From NCBI GenBank assembly GCA_964016885.1, contig OZ024758.1:40114001-40178000 (forward strand): DNA of 64,000 nt, given 5' to 3'. The notes under the pieces are model-generated. The model saw only the letters and a program-made list of their open reading frames with translations, was not told the DNA's origin and searched no databases. The translations under genes were made by a program, and so were the position numbers. Of the stretch, positions 50,190-63,100 are shown piece after piece. This stretch comes from Eledone cirrhosa. Lineage: Eukaryota. How positions within the stretch are numbered: position 1 is the stretch's first letter; the number at the start of each line of letters is the position of its first letter.

Positions 50190-53100
50190 GCTTAGGATAG
50201 CTTAGCTTAGCTTAGCTTAGGATAGCTTAGCTTAGCATAGGATAGCTTAGCTTAGCTTAGCTTAGGATAGCTTAGCTTAGCTTAGCTTAGGATAGCTTAG
50301 CTTAGGATAGCTTAGCTTAGCTTAGCTTAGGATAGCTTAGGATAGCTTAGCTTAGGATAGCTTAGCTTAGGATAGCTTAGGAAAGCTTAGCTTAGCTTAG
50401 CTTAGGATAGCTTAGCTTAGCTTAGCTTAGGATAGCTTAGCTTAGCTTAGCTTAGGATAGCTTAGGATAGCTTAGCTTAGGATAGCTTAGGATAGCTTAG
50501 CTTAGGATAGCTTAGCTTAGGATAGCTTAGCTTAGGATAGCTTAGGATAGCTTAGCTTAGGATAGCTTAGGATAGCTTAGCTTAGCTTAGCTTAGGATAG
50601 CTTAGCTTAGCTTAGCTTAGGATAGCTTAGCTTAGCTTAGCTTAGGATAGCTTAGGATAGCTTAGCTTAGGATAGCTTAGGATAGCTTAGCTTAGGATAG
50701 CTTAGGATAGCTTAGCTTAGGAAGCTTAGGATAGCTTAGCTTAGGATAGCTTAGCTTAGGATAGCTTATCTTAGCTTAGCTTAGCTTAGGATAGCTTAGG
50801 ATAGCTTAGCTTAGGATAGCTTAGCTTAGCTTAGCTTAGGATAGCTTAGCTTAGCTTAGGATAGCTTAGCTTAGCTTAGCTTAGAATAGCTTAGCTTAGC
50901 TTAGGATAGCTTAGCTTAGCTTAGCTTAGGATAGCTTAGCTTAGCTTAGGATAGCTTAGCTTAGCTTAGCTTAGGATAGCTTAGCTTAGCTTAGCTTAGC
51001 TTAGGATAGCTTAGGATAGCTTAGCTTAGGATAGCTTAGCTTAGGTTAGCTTAGCTTAGCTTAGCTTAGGATAGCTTAGGATAGCTTAGCTTAGGATAGC
51101 TTAGCTTAGCTTAGGATAGCTTAGCTTAGCTTAGCTTAGGAGAGCTTAGCTTAGCTTAGCTTAGGATAGCTTAGCTTAGGATAGCTTAGGATAGCTTAGC
51201 TTAGCTTAGGATAGCTTAGCTTAGCTTAGCTTAGGATAGCTTAGCTTAGCTTAGGATAGCTTAGCTTAGCTTAGCTTAGGATAGCTTAGCTTAGCTTAGC
51301 TTAGGATAGCTTAGCTTAGCTTAGCTTAGGATAGCTTAGCTTAGCTTAGGATAGCTTAGGATAGCTTAGGATAGCTTAGCTTAGCTTAGGATAGCTTAGC
51401 TTAGCTTAGCTTATGATAGCTTAGCTTAGCTTAGCTTAGGATAGCTTAGCTTAGCTTAGGATAGCTTAGCTTAGCTTAGCTTAGGATAGCTTAGCTTAGC
51501 TTAGCTTAGGATAGCTTAGCTTAGCTTAGCTTAGGATAGATTAGCTTAGCTTAGCTTAGGATAGCTTAGCTTAGCTTAGCTTAGGATAGCTTAGCTTAGC
51601 TTAGCTTAGGATAGCTTAGCTTAGCTTAGGATAGCTTAGCTTAGCTTAGGATAGCTTAGCTTAGCTTAGGATAGCTTAGCTTAGCTTAGCTTAGCTTAGG
51701 AGAGCTTAGCTTAGCTTAGCTTAGGATAGCTTAGCTTAGCTTAGCTTAGGATAGCTTAGCTTAGCTTAGGATAGCTTAGCTTAGCTTAGCTTATCTTAGC
51801 TTAGGATAGCTTAGCTTAGCTTAGCTTAGGATAGCTTAGCTTAGCTTAGCTTAGGATAGCTTAGGATAGCTTAGCTTAGGATAGCTTAGGATAGCTTACC
51901 TTAGGATAGCTTAGCTTAGGATAGCTTAGCTTAGGATAGCTTAGGATAGCTTAGCTTAGCTTAGCTTAGGATAACTTAGCTTAGCTTAGCTTAGGATAGC
52001 TTAGCTTAGCTTAGCATAGGATAGCTTAGCTTAGCTTAGGATAGCTTAGCTTAGCTTAGCTTAGGATAGCTTAGCTTAGCTTAGCTTAGGATAGCTTAGC
52101 TTAGGATAGCTTAGCTTAGGATAGCTTAGCTTAGGATAGCTTAGGATAGCTTAGCTTAGGATAGCTTAGGATAGCTTAGCTTCGGATAGCTTAGCTTAGC
52201 TAAGGATTGCTTAGCTTAGGATAGCTTAGGATAGCTTAGCTTAGCTTAGCTTAGGATAGCTTAGCTTAGCTTAGGATAGCTTATCTTAGCTTAGGATAGC
52301 TTAGCTTAGCTTAGGATAGCTTAGCTTAGCTTAGGATAGCTTAGCTTAGCTTAGCTTAGGATAGCTTAGCTTAGCTTAGCTTAGGATAGCTTAGCTTAGC
52401 TTAGCTTAGGATAGCTTAGCTTAGCTTAGCTTAGGATAGCTTAGCTTAGCTTAGCTTAGGAGAGCTTAGCTTAGCTTAGCTTAGGATAGCTTAGCTTAGC
52501 TTAGGATAGCTTAGCTTAGCTTAGCTTAGGATAGCTTAGCTTAGCTTAGTTTAGGATAGCTTAGCTTAGCTTAGCTTAGCTTAGGATAGCTTAGCTTAGC
52601 TTAGCTTAGCTTAGGATAGCTTAGCTTAGCTTAGGATAGCTTAGCTTAGCTTAGCTTAGGATAGCTTAGCTTAGCTTAGGATAGCTTAGCTTAGCTTAGC
52701 TTAGGATAGCTTAGCTTAGCTTAGGATAGCTTAGCTTAGCTTAGGATAGCTTAGCTTAGCTTAGCTTAGGATAGCTTAGCTTAGCATAGGATAGCTTAGC
52801 TTAGCTTAGCTTAGGATAGCTTAGCTTAGCTTAGCTTAGGATAGCTTAGCTTAGGATAGCTTAGCTTAGCTTAGCTTAGGATAGCTTAGGATAGCTTAGC
52901 TTAGGATAGCTTAGCTTAGGATAGCTTAGGAAAGCTTAGCTTAGCTTAGCTTAGGATAGCTTAGCTTAGCTTAGCTTAGGATAGCTTAGCTTAGCTTAGC
53001 TTAGGATAGCTTAGGATAGCTTAGCTTAGGATAGCTTAGGATAGCTTAGCTTAGGATAGCTTAGCTTAGGATAGCTTAGCTTAGGATAGCTTAGGATAGC

Positions 53101-55290
53101 TTAGCTTAGGATAGCTTAGGATAGCTTAGCTTAGCTTAGCTTAGGATAGCTTAGCTTAGCTTAGCTTAGGATAGCTTAGCTTAGCTTAGCTTAGGATAGC
53201 TTAGGATAGCTTAGCTTAGGATAGCTTAGGATAGCTTAGCTTAGGATAGCTTAGGATAGCTTAGCTTAGGAAGCTTAGGATAGCTTAGCTTAGGATAGCT
53301 TAGCTTAGGATAGCTTATCTTAGCTTAGCTTAGCTTAGGATAGCTTAGGATAGCTTAGCTTAGGATAGCTTAGCTTAGCTTAGCTTAGGATAGCTTAGCT
53401 TAGCTTAGGATAGCTTAGCTTAGCTTAGCTTAGAATAGCTTAGCTTAGCTTAGGATAGCTTAGCTTAGCTTAGCTTAGGATAGCTTAGCTTAGCTTAGGA
53501 TAGCTTAGCTTAGCTTAGCTTAGGATAGCTTAGCTTAGCTTAGCTTAGCTTAGGATAGCTTAGGATAGCTTAGCTTAGGATAGCTTAGCTTAGGTTAGCT
53601 TAGCTTAGCTTAGCTTAGGATAGCTTAGGATAGCTTAGCTTAGGATAGCTTAGCTTAGCTTAGGATAGCTTAGCTTAGCTTAGCTTAGGAGAGCTTAGCT
53701 TAGCTTAGCTTAGGATAGCTTAGCTTAGGATAGCTTAGGATAGCTTAGCTTAGCTTAGGATAGCTTAGCTTAGCTTAGCTTAGGATAGCTTAGCTTAGCT
53801 TAGGATAGCTTAGCTTAGCTTAGCTTAGGATAGCTTAGCTTAGCTTAGCTTAGGATAGCTTAGCTTAGCTTAGCTTAGGATAGCTTAGCTTAGCTTAGGA
53901 TAGCTTAGGATAGCTTAGGATAGCTTAGCTTAGCTTAGGATAGCTTAGCTTAGCTTAGCTTATGATAGCTTAGCTTAGCTTAGCTTAGGATAGCTTAGCT
54001 TAGCTTAGGATAGCTTAGCTTAGCTTAGCTTAGGATAGCTTAGCTTAGCTTAGCTTAGGATAGCTTAGCTTAGCTTAGCTTAGGATAGATTAGCTTAGCT
54101 TAGCTTAGGATAGCTTAGCTTAGCTTAGCTTAGGATAGCTTAGCTTAGCTTAGCTTAGGATAGCTTAGCTTAGCTTAGGATAGCTTAGCTTAGCTTAGGA
54201 TAGCTTAGCTTAGCTTAGGATAGCTTAGCTTAGCTTAGCTTAGCTTAGGAGAGCTTAGCTTAGCTTAGCTTAGGATAGCTTAGCTTAGCTTAGCTTAGGA
54301 TAGCTTAGCTTAGCTTAGGATAGCTTAGCTTAGCTTAGCTTATCTTAGCTTAGGATAGCTTAGCTTAGCTTAGCTTAGGATAGCTTAGCTTAGCTTAGCT
54401 TAGGATAGCTTAGGATAGCTTAGCTTAGGATAGCTTAGGATAGCTTACCTTAGGATAGCTTAGCTTAGGATAGCTTAGCTTAGGATAGCTTAGGATAGCT
54501 TAGCTTAGCTTAGCTTAGGATAACTTAGCTTAGCTTAGCTTAGGATAGCTTAGCTTAGCTTAGCATAGGATAGCTTAGCTTAGCTTAGGATAGCTTAGCT
54601 TAGCTTAGCTTAGGATAGCTTAGCTTAGCTTAGCTTAGGATAGCTTAGCTTAGGATAGCTTAGCTTAGGATAGCTTAGCTTAGGATAGCTTAGGATAGCT
54701 TAGCTTAGGATAGCTTAGGATAGCTTAGCTTCGGATAGCTTAGCTTAGCTAAGGATTGCTTAGCTTAGGATAGCTTAGGATAGCTTAGCTTAGCTTAGCT
54801 TAGGATAGCTTAGCTTAGCTTAGGATAGCTTATCTTAGCTTAGGATAGCTTAGCTTAGCTTAGGATAGCTTAGCTTAGCTTAGGATAGCTTAGCTTAGCT
54901 TAGCTTAGGATAGCTTAGCTTAGCTTAGCTTAGGATAGCTTAGCTTAGCTTAGCTTAGGATAGCTTAGCTTAGCTTAGCTTAGGATAGCTTAGCTTAGCT
55001 TAGCTTAGGAGAGCTTAGCTTAGCTTAGCTTAGGATAGCTTAGCTTAGCTTAGGATAGCTTAGCTTAGCTTAGCTTAGGATAGCTTAGCTTAGCTTAGTT
55101 TAGGATAGCTTAGCTTAGCTTAGCTTAGCTTAGGATAGCTTAGCTTAGCTTAGCTTAGCTTAGGATAGCTTAGCTTAGCTTAGGATAGCTTAGCTTAGCT
55201 TAGCTTAGGATAGCTTAGCTTAGCTTAGGATAGCTTAGCTTAGCTTAGCTTAGGATAGCTTAGCTTAGCTTAGGATAGCTTAGCTTAGCT
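50190..55290 (+). repeat. 2549 bp tandem duplication private to copy 2
   Basis: TAGCATAGG at 50237/52786, GGAAGC deletion at 50722/53271, TAGGT at 51046/53595 and TCGGA at 52183/54732; all offsets are 2549. Confidence 0.9.
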
Positions 55291-58200
55291 TAGCTTAGCT
55301 TAGGATAGTTTAGCTTAGCTTAGCTTAGCTTAGGATAGCTTAGCTTAGCTTAGGATAGCTTAGGATAGCTTAGCTTAGGATAGCTTAGCATAGCTTAGCT
55401 TAGGATAGCTTAGCTTCGGATAGCTTAGCTTAGGATAGCTTAGGATAGCTTAGCTTAGCTTAGCTTAGGATAGCTTAGCTTAGCTTAGCTTAGGATAGCT
55501 TAGCTTAGCTTAGCTTAGGATAGCTTAGGATAGCTTAGCTTAGGATAGCTTAGGATAGCTTAGCTTAGGAAAGCTTAGGATAGCTTAGCTTAGGATAGCT
55601 TAGGATAGCTTAGCTTAGGATAGCTTAGGATAGCTTAGCTTAGCTTAGCTTAGGATAGCTTAGCTTAGCTTAGCCTAGGTAGCTTAGCTTAGCTTAGCTT
55701 AGGATAGCTTAGGATAGCTTAGCTTAGGATAGCTTAGGATAGCTTAGCTTATGATAGCTTAGCTTAGGATAGCTTAGGATAGCTTAGCTTAGGATAGCTT
55801 AGCTTAGGATAGCTTAGGATAGCTTAGCTTAGCTTAGCTTAGGATAGCTTAGCTTAGCTTAGGATAGCTTAGCTTAGCTTAGCTTAGCTTAGGATAGCTT
55901 AGCTTAGCTTAGCTTAGGATAGCTTAGCTTAGCTTAGCTTAGGATAGCTTAGGATAGCTTAGCTTAGGATAGCTTAGGATAGCTTAGCTTAGGATAGCTT
56001 AGGATAGCTTAGCTTAGGATAGCTTAGGATAGCTTAGCTTAGGATAGCTTAGGATAGCTTAGCTTAGCTTAGCTTAGGATAGCTTAGCTTAGCTTAGCTT
56101 AGGTAGCTTAGCTTAGCTTAGCTTAGGATAGCTTAGGATAGCTTAGCTTAGGATAGCTTAGCTTAGCTTAGGATAGCTTAGCTTAGCTTAGCTTAGGATA
56201 GCTTAGCTTAGCTTAGCTTAGGATAGCTTAGCTTAGCTTAGGATAGCTTAGCTTAGCTTAGCTTAGGATAGCTTAGCTTAGCTTAGGATAGCTTAGCTTA
56301 GCTTAGCTTAGCTTAGGAGAGCTTAGCTTAGCTTAGGATAGCTTAGCTTAGCTTAGCTTAGGATAGCTTAGCTTAGCTTAGGATAGCTTAGCTTAGCTTA
56401 GCTTATCTTAGCTTAGGATAGCTTAGCTTAGCTTAGCTTAGGATAGCTTAGCTTAGCTTAGCTTAGGATAGCTTAGGATAGCTTAGCTTAGGATAGCTTA
56501 GGATAGCTTACCTTAGGATAGCTTAGCTTAGGATAGCTTAGCTTAGGATAGCTTAGGATAGCTTAGCTTAGCTTAGCTTAGGATAACTTAGCTTAGCTTA
56601 GCTTAGGATAGCTTAGCTTAGCTTAGCTTAGGATAGCTTAGCTTAGCTTAGGATAGCTTAGCTTAGCTTAGCTTAGGATAGCTTAGCTTAGCTTAGCTTA
56701 GGATAGCTTAGCTTAGGATAGCTTAGCTTAGGATAGCTTAGCTTAGGATAGCTTAGGATAGCTTAGCTTAGGATAGCTTAGGATAGCTTAGCTTCGGATA
56801 GCTTAGCTTAGCTAAGGATTGCTTAGCTTAGGATAGCTTAGGATAGCTTAGCTTAGCTTAGCTTAGGATAGCTTAGGATAGCTTAGCTTAGGATAGCTTA
56901 GCTTAGGTTAGCTTAGCTTAGCTTAGCTTAGGATAGCTTAGGATAGCTTAGCTTAGGATAGCTTAGCTTAGCTTAGGATAGCTTAGCTTAGCTTAGCTTA
57001 GGAGAGCTTAGCTTAGCTTAGCTTAGGATAGCTTAGCTTAGGATAGCTTAGGATAGCTTAGCTTAGCTTAGGATAGCTTAGCTTAGCTTAGCTTAGGATA
57101 GCTTAGCTTAGCTTAGCTTAGGATAGCTTAGCTTAGCTTAGCTTAGGATAGCTTAGCTTAGCTTAGCTTAGGATAGCTTAGCTTAGCTTAGGATAGCTTA
57201 GGATAGCTTAGGATAGCTTAGCTTAGCTTAGGATAGCTTAGCTTAGCTTAGCTTATGATAGCTTAGCTTAGCTTAGCTTAGGATAGCTTAGCTTAGCTTA
57301 GGATAGCTTAGCTTAGCTTAGCTTAGGATAGCTTAGCTTAGCTTAGCTTAGGATAGCTTAGCTTAGCTTAGCTTAGGATAGATTAGCTTAGCTTAGCTTA
57401 GGATAGCTTAGCTTAGCTTAGCTTAGGATAGCTTAGCTTAGCTTAGCTTAGGATAGCTTAGCTTAGCTTAGGATAGCTTAGCTTAGCTTAGGATAGCTTA
57501 GCTTAGCTTAGGATAGCTTAGCTTAGCTTAGCTTAGCTTAGGAGAGCTTAGCTTAGCTTAGCTTAGGATAGCTTAGCTTAGCTTAGCTTAGGATAGCTTA
57601 GCTTAGCTTAGGATAGCTTAGCTTAGCTTAGCTTATCTTAGCTTAGGATAGCTTAGCTTAGCTTAGCTTAGGATAGCTTAGCTTAGCTTAGCTTAGGATA
57701 GCTTAGGATAGCTTAGCTTAGGATAGCTTAGGATAGCTTACCTTAGGATAGCTTAGCTTAGGATAGCTTAGCTTAGGATAGCTTAGGATAGCTTAGCTTA
57801 GCTTAGCTTAGGATAACTTAGCTTAGCTTAGCTTAGGATAGCTTAGCTTAGCTTAGCATAGGATAGCTTAGCTTAGCTTAGGATAGCTTAGCTTAGCTTA
57901 GCTTAGGATAGCTTAGCTTAGCTTAGCTTAGGATAGCTTAGCTTAGGATAGCTTAGCTTAGGATAGCTTAGCTTAGGATAGCTTAGGATAGCTTAGCTTA
58001 GGATAGCTTAGGATAGCTTAGCTTCGGATAGCTTAGCTTAGCTAAGGATTGCTTAGCTTAGGATAGCTTAGGATAGCTTAGCTTAGCTTAGCTTAGGATA
58101 GCTTAGCTTAGCTTAGGATAGCTTATCTTAGCTTAGGATAGCTTAGCTTAGCTTAGGATAGCTTAGCTTAGCTTAGGATAGCTTAGCTTAGCTTAGCTTA

Positions 58201-60140
58201 GGATAGCTTAGCTTAGCTTAGCTTAGGATAGCTTAGCTTAGCTTAGCTTAGGATAGCTTAGCTTAGCTTAGCTTAGGATAGCTTAGCTTAGCTTAGCTTA
58301 GGAGAGCTTAGCTTAGCTTAGCTTAGGATAGCTTAGCTTAGCTTAGGATAGCTTAGCTTAGCTTAGCTTAGGATAGCTTAGCTTAGCTTAGTTTAGGATA
58401 GCTTAGCTTAGCTTAGCTTAGCTTAGGATAGCTTAGCTTAGCTTAGCTTAGCTTAGGATAGCTTAGCTTAGCTTAGGATAGCTTAGCTTAGCTTAGCTTA
58501 GGATAGCTTAGCTTAGGATAGCTTAGCTTAGCTTAGCTTAGGATAGCTTAGCTTAGCTTAGCTTAGGATAGCTTAGCTTAGCTTAGCTTAGCTTAGGATA
58601 GTTTAGCTTAGCTTAGCTTAGCTTAGGATAGCTTAGCTTAGCTTAGGATAGCTTAGGATAGCTTAGCTTAGGATAGCTTAGCATAGCTTAGCTTAGGATA
58701 GCTTAGCTTAGGATAGCTTAGCTTAGGATAGCTTAGGATAGCTTAGCTTAGCTTAGCTTAGGATAGCTTAGCTTAGCTTAGCTTAGGATAGCTTAGCTTA
58801 GCTTAGCTTAGGATAGCTTAGGATAGCTTAGCTTAGGATAGCTTAGGATAGCTTAGCTTAGGAAAGCTTAGGATAGCTTAGCTTAGGATAGCTTAGGATA
58901 GCTTAGCTTAGGATAGCTTAGGATAGCTTAGCTTAGCTTAGCTTAGGATAGCTTAGCTTAGCTTAGCCTAGGTAGCTTAGCTTAGCTTAGCTTAGGATAG
59001 CTTAGGATAGCTTAGCTTAGGATAGCTTAGGATAGCTTAGCTTATGATAGCTTAGCTTAGGATAGCTTAGGATAGCTTAGCTTAGGATAGCTTAGCTTAG
59101 GATAGCTTAGGATAGCTTAGCTTAGCTTAGCTTAGGATAGCTTAGCTTAGCTTAGGATAGCTTAGCTTAGCTTAGCTTAGCTTAGGATAGCTTAGCTTAG
59201 CTTAGCTTAGGATAGCTTAGCTTAGCTTAGCTTAGGATAGCTTAGGATAGCTTAGCTTAGGATAGCTTAGGATAGCTTAGCTTAGGATAGCTTAGGATAG
59301 CTTAGCTTAGGATAGCTTAGGATAGCTTAGCTTAGGATAGCTTAGGATAGCTTAGCTTAGCTTAGCTTAGGATAGCTTAGCTTAGCTTAGCTTAGGTAGC
59401 TTAGCTTAGCTTAGCTTAGGATAGCTTAGGATAGCTTAGCTTAGGATAGCTTAGCTTAGCTTAGGATAGCTTAGCTTAGCTTAGCTTAGGATAGCTTAGC
59501 TTAGCTTAGCTTAGGATAGCTTAGCTTAGCTTAGGATAGCTTAGCTTAGCTTAGCTTAGGATAGCTTAGCTTAGCTTAGGATAGCTTAGCTTAGCTTAGC
59601 TTAGCTTAGGAGAGCTTAGCTTAGCTTAGGATAGCTTAGCTTAGCTTAGCTTAGGATAGCTTAGCTTAGCTTAGGATAGCTTAGCTTAGCTTAGCTTATC
59701 TTAGCTTAGGATAGCTTAGCTTAGCTTAGCTTAGGATAGCTTAGCTTAGCTTAGCTTAGGATAGCTTAGGATAGCTTAGCTTAGGATAGCTTAGGATAGC
59801 TTACCTTAGGATAGCTTAGCTTAGGATAGCTTAGCTTAGGATAGCTTAGGATAGCTTAGCTTAGCTTAGCTTAGGATAACTTAGCTTAGCTTAGCTTAGG
59901 ATAGCTTAGCTTAGCTTAGCTTAGGATAGCTTAGCTTAGCTTAGGATAGCTTAGCTTAGCTTAGCTTAGGATAGCTTAGCTTAGCTTAGCTTAGGATAGC
60001 TTAGCTTAGGATAGCTTAGCTTAGGATAGCTTAGCTTAGGATAGCTTAGGATAGCTTAGCTTAGGATAGCTTAGGATAGCTTAGCTTCGGATAGCTTAGC
60101 TTAGCTAAGGATTGCTTAGCTTAGGATAGCTTAGGATAGC
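53530..60140 (+). repeat. ~3.3 kb higher-order repeat, 2 units (copy 2)
   Basis: CCTAGGTAG at 55675 and 58968; TAGGT at 53595 and 56908; CGGA cluster at 54732, 56795, 58025 and 60088. Confidence 0.9.
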
Positions 60141-63100
60141 TTAGCTTAGCTTAGCTTAGGATAGCTTAGCTTAGCGTAGGATAGCTTATCTTAGCTTAGG
60201 ATAGCTTAGCTTAGCTTAGGATAGCTTAGCTTAGCTTAGGATAGCTTAGCTTAGCTTAGCTTAGGATAGCTTAGCTTAGCTTAGCTTAGGATAGCTTAGC
60301 TTAGCTTAGCTTAGGATAGCTTAGCTTAGCTTAGCTTAGGATAGCTTAGCTTAGCTTAGCTTAGGAGAGCTTAGCTTAGCTTAGCTTAGGATAGCTTAGC
60401 TTAGCTTAGGATAGCTTAGCTTAGCTTAGCTTAGGATAGCTTAGCTTAGCTTAGCTTAGGATAGCTTAGCTTAGCTTAGCTTAGCTTAGGATAGCTTAGC
60501 TTAGCTTAGCTTAGCTTAGCTTAGGATAGCTTAGCTTAGCTTAGGATAGCTTAGCTTAGCTTAGCTTAGGATAGCTTAGCTTAGCTTAGGATAGCTTAGC
60601 TTAGCTTAGCTTAGGATAGCTTAGCTTAGCTTAGCTTAGGATAGCTTAGCTTAGCTTAGCTTAGCTTAGGATAGTTTAGCTTAGCTTAGCTTAGCTTAGG
60701 ATAGCTTAGCTTAGCTAAGGATAGCTTAGGATAGCTTAGCTTAGGATAGCTTAGGATAGCTTAGCTTAGGATAGCTTAGCTTAGGATAGCTTAGCTTAGG
60801 ATAGCTTAGGATAGCTTAGCTTAGCTTAGCTTAGGATAGCTTAGCTTAGCTTAGCTTAGGATAGCTTAGCTTAGCTTAGGATAGCTTAGCTTAGCTTAGG
60901 ATAGCTTAGCTTAGCTTAGCTTAGGATAGCTTAGCTTAGGATAGCTTAGCTTAGGATAGCTTAGCTTAAGTCAGCTTAGCTTAGCTTAGCTTAGGATAGC
61001 TTAGGATAGCTTAGCTTAGGATAGCTTAGCTTAGCTTAGCTTAGGATAGCTTAGCTTAGCTTAGCTTAGGATAGCTTAGCTTAGCTTAGCTTAGGATAGC
61101 TTAGCTTAGGATAGCTTAGGATAGCTTAGCTTAGCTTAGCTTACGATAGCTTAGCTTAGGATAGCTTAGGATAGCTTAGCTTAGCTTAGCTTAGCTTAGG
61201 ATAGCTTAGCTTAGCTTAGGATAGCTTAGCTTAGCTTAGCTTAGGATAGCTTAGCTTAGCTTAGCTTAGGATAGCTTAGGATAGCTTAGGATAGCTTAGC
61301 TTAGCTTAGCTTAGGATAGCTTAGCTTAGCTTAGCTTAGGATAGCTTAGCTTAGCTTAGCTGAGGATAGCTTAGCTTAGCTTAGCTTAGCTTAGGATAGC
61401 TTAGCTTAGCTTAGGATAGCTTATCTTAGCTTAGCTTAGGATAGCTTAACTTAGGATAGCTTAGCTTAGCTTAGGATAGCTTAACTTAGGATAGCTTAGC
61501 TTAGCTTAGGATAGCTTAACTTATCTTAGCTTAGGATAGCTTAGCTTAGCTTAGGATAGCTTAGCTTAGCTTAGCTTAGGATAGCTTAGCTTAGCTTAGG
61601 ATAGCTTAGCTTAGCTTAGGATAGCTTAGCTTAGCTTAGCTTAGGATAGCTTAGCTTAGCTTAGCTTAGGATAGCTTAGCTTAGCTTAGCTTAGGATAGC
61701 TTAGCTTAGGATAGCTTAGCTTAGGATAGCTTAGCTTAGGTTAGCTTAGCTTAGCTTAGCTTAGGATAGCTTAGGATAGCTTAGCTTAGGATAGCTTAGC
61801 TTAGCTTAGCTTAGGATAGCTTAGCTTAGTTTAGCTTAGGATAGCTTAGCTTAGCTTAGCTTAGGATAGCTTAGCTTAGGATAGCTTAGGATTGCTTAGC
61901 TTAGCTTAGCTTGGGATAGCTTAGCTTAGCTTAGCTTAGGATAGCTTAGCTTAGCTTAGGATAGCTTAGCTTAGCTTAGCTTAGGATAGCTTAGCTTAGC
62001 TTAGCTTAGGATAGCTTAGCTTAGCTTAGCTTAGGATAGCTTAGGATAGCTTAGGATAGCTTAGCTTAGCTTAGCTTAGGATAGCTTAGCTTAGCTTAGG
62101 ATAGCTTAGCTTAGCTTAGCTTAGGATAGCTTAGCTTAGCTTAGGATAGCTTAGCTTAGCTTAGCTTAGGATAGCTTAGCTTAGCTTAGCTTAGGATAGC
62201 TTAGCTTAGCTTAGCTTAGGATAGCTTAGCTTAGCTTAGCTTAGCTTAGGATAGATTAGCTTAGCTTAGGATAGCTTAGCTTAGCTTAGCTTAGGAAAGC
62301 TTAGCTTAGCTTAGGATAGCTTAGTTTAGCTTAGCTTAGGAGAGCTTAGCTTAGGATAGCTTAGGAAAGCTTAGCTTAGCTTAGCTTAGGATAGCTTAGC
62401 TTAGCTTAGCTTAGGATAGCTTAGCTTAGCTTAGGATAGTTTAGCTTAGCTTAGCTTAGGATAGCTTAGCTTAGCTTAGCTTAGGATAGCTTAGCTTAGC
62501 TTAGCTTAGGATAGCTTAGCTTAGCTTAGGATAGCTTAGCTTAGCTTAGCTTAGGATAGCTTAGCTTAGCTTAGGATAGCTTAGCTTAGATTAGCTTAGG
62601 ATAGCTTAGCTTAGCTTAGCTTAGGATAGCTTAGCTTAGGATAGCTTAGCTTAGCTTAGCTTAGGATAGCTTAGCTTAGCTTAGCTTAGGATAGCTTAGC
62701 TTAGCTTAGCTTAGGATAGCTTAGCTTAGCTTAGCTTAGTATAGCTTAGCTTAGCTTAGCTTAGTATAGCTTAGCTTAGCTTAGCTTAGGATAGCTTAGC
62801 TTAGCTTAGCTTAGGATAGCTTAGCTTAGCTTAGCTTAGGATAGCTTAGCTTAGCTTAGCTTAGGATAGCTTAGCTTAGCTTGGCTTAGGATAGCTTAGC
62901 TTAGCTTGGCTTAGGATAGCTTAGCTTAGCTTAGCTTAGGATAGCTTAGCTTAGCTTAGCTTAGGATAGCTTAGCTTAGCTTAGCTTAGGATAGCTTAGC
63001 TTAGCTTAGCTTAGGATAGCTTAGCTTAGTTTAGGATAGCTTAGCTTAGCTTAGCTTAGGATAGCTTAGGATAGCTTAGCTTAGGATAGCTTAGGTTAGC

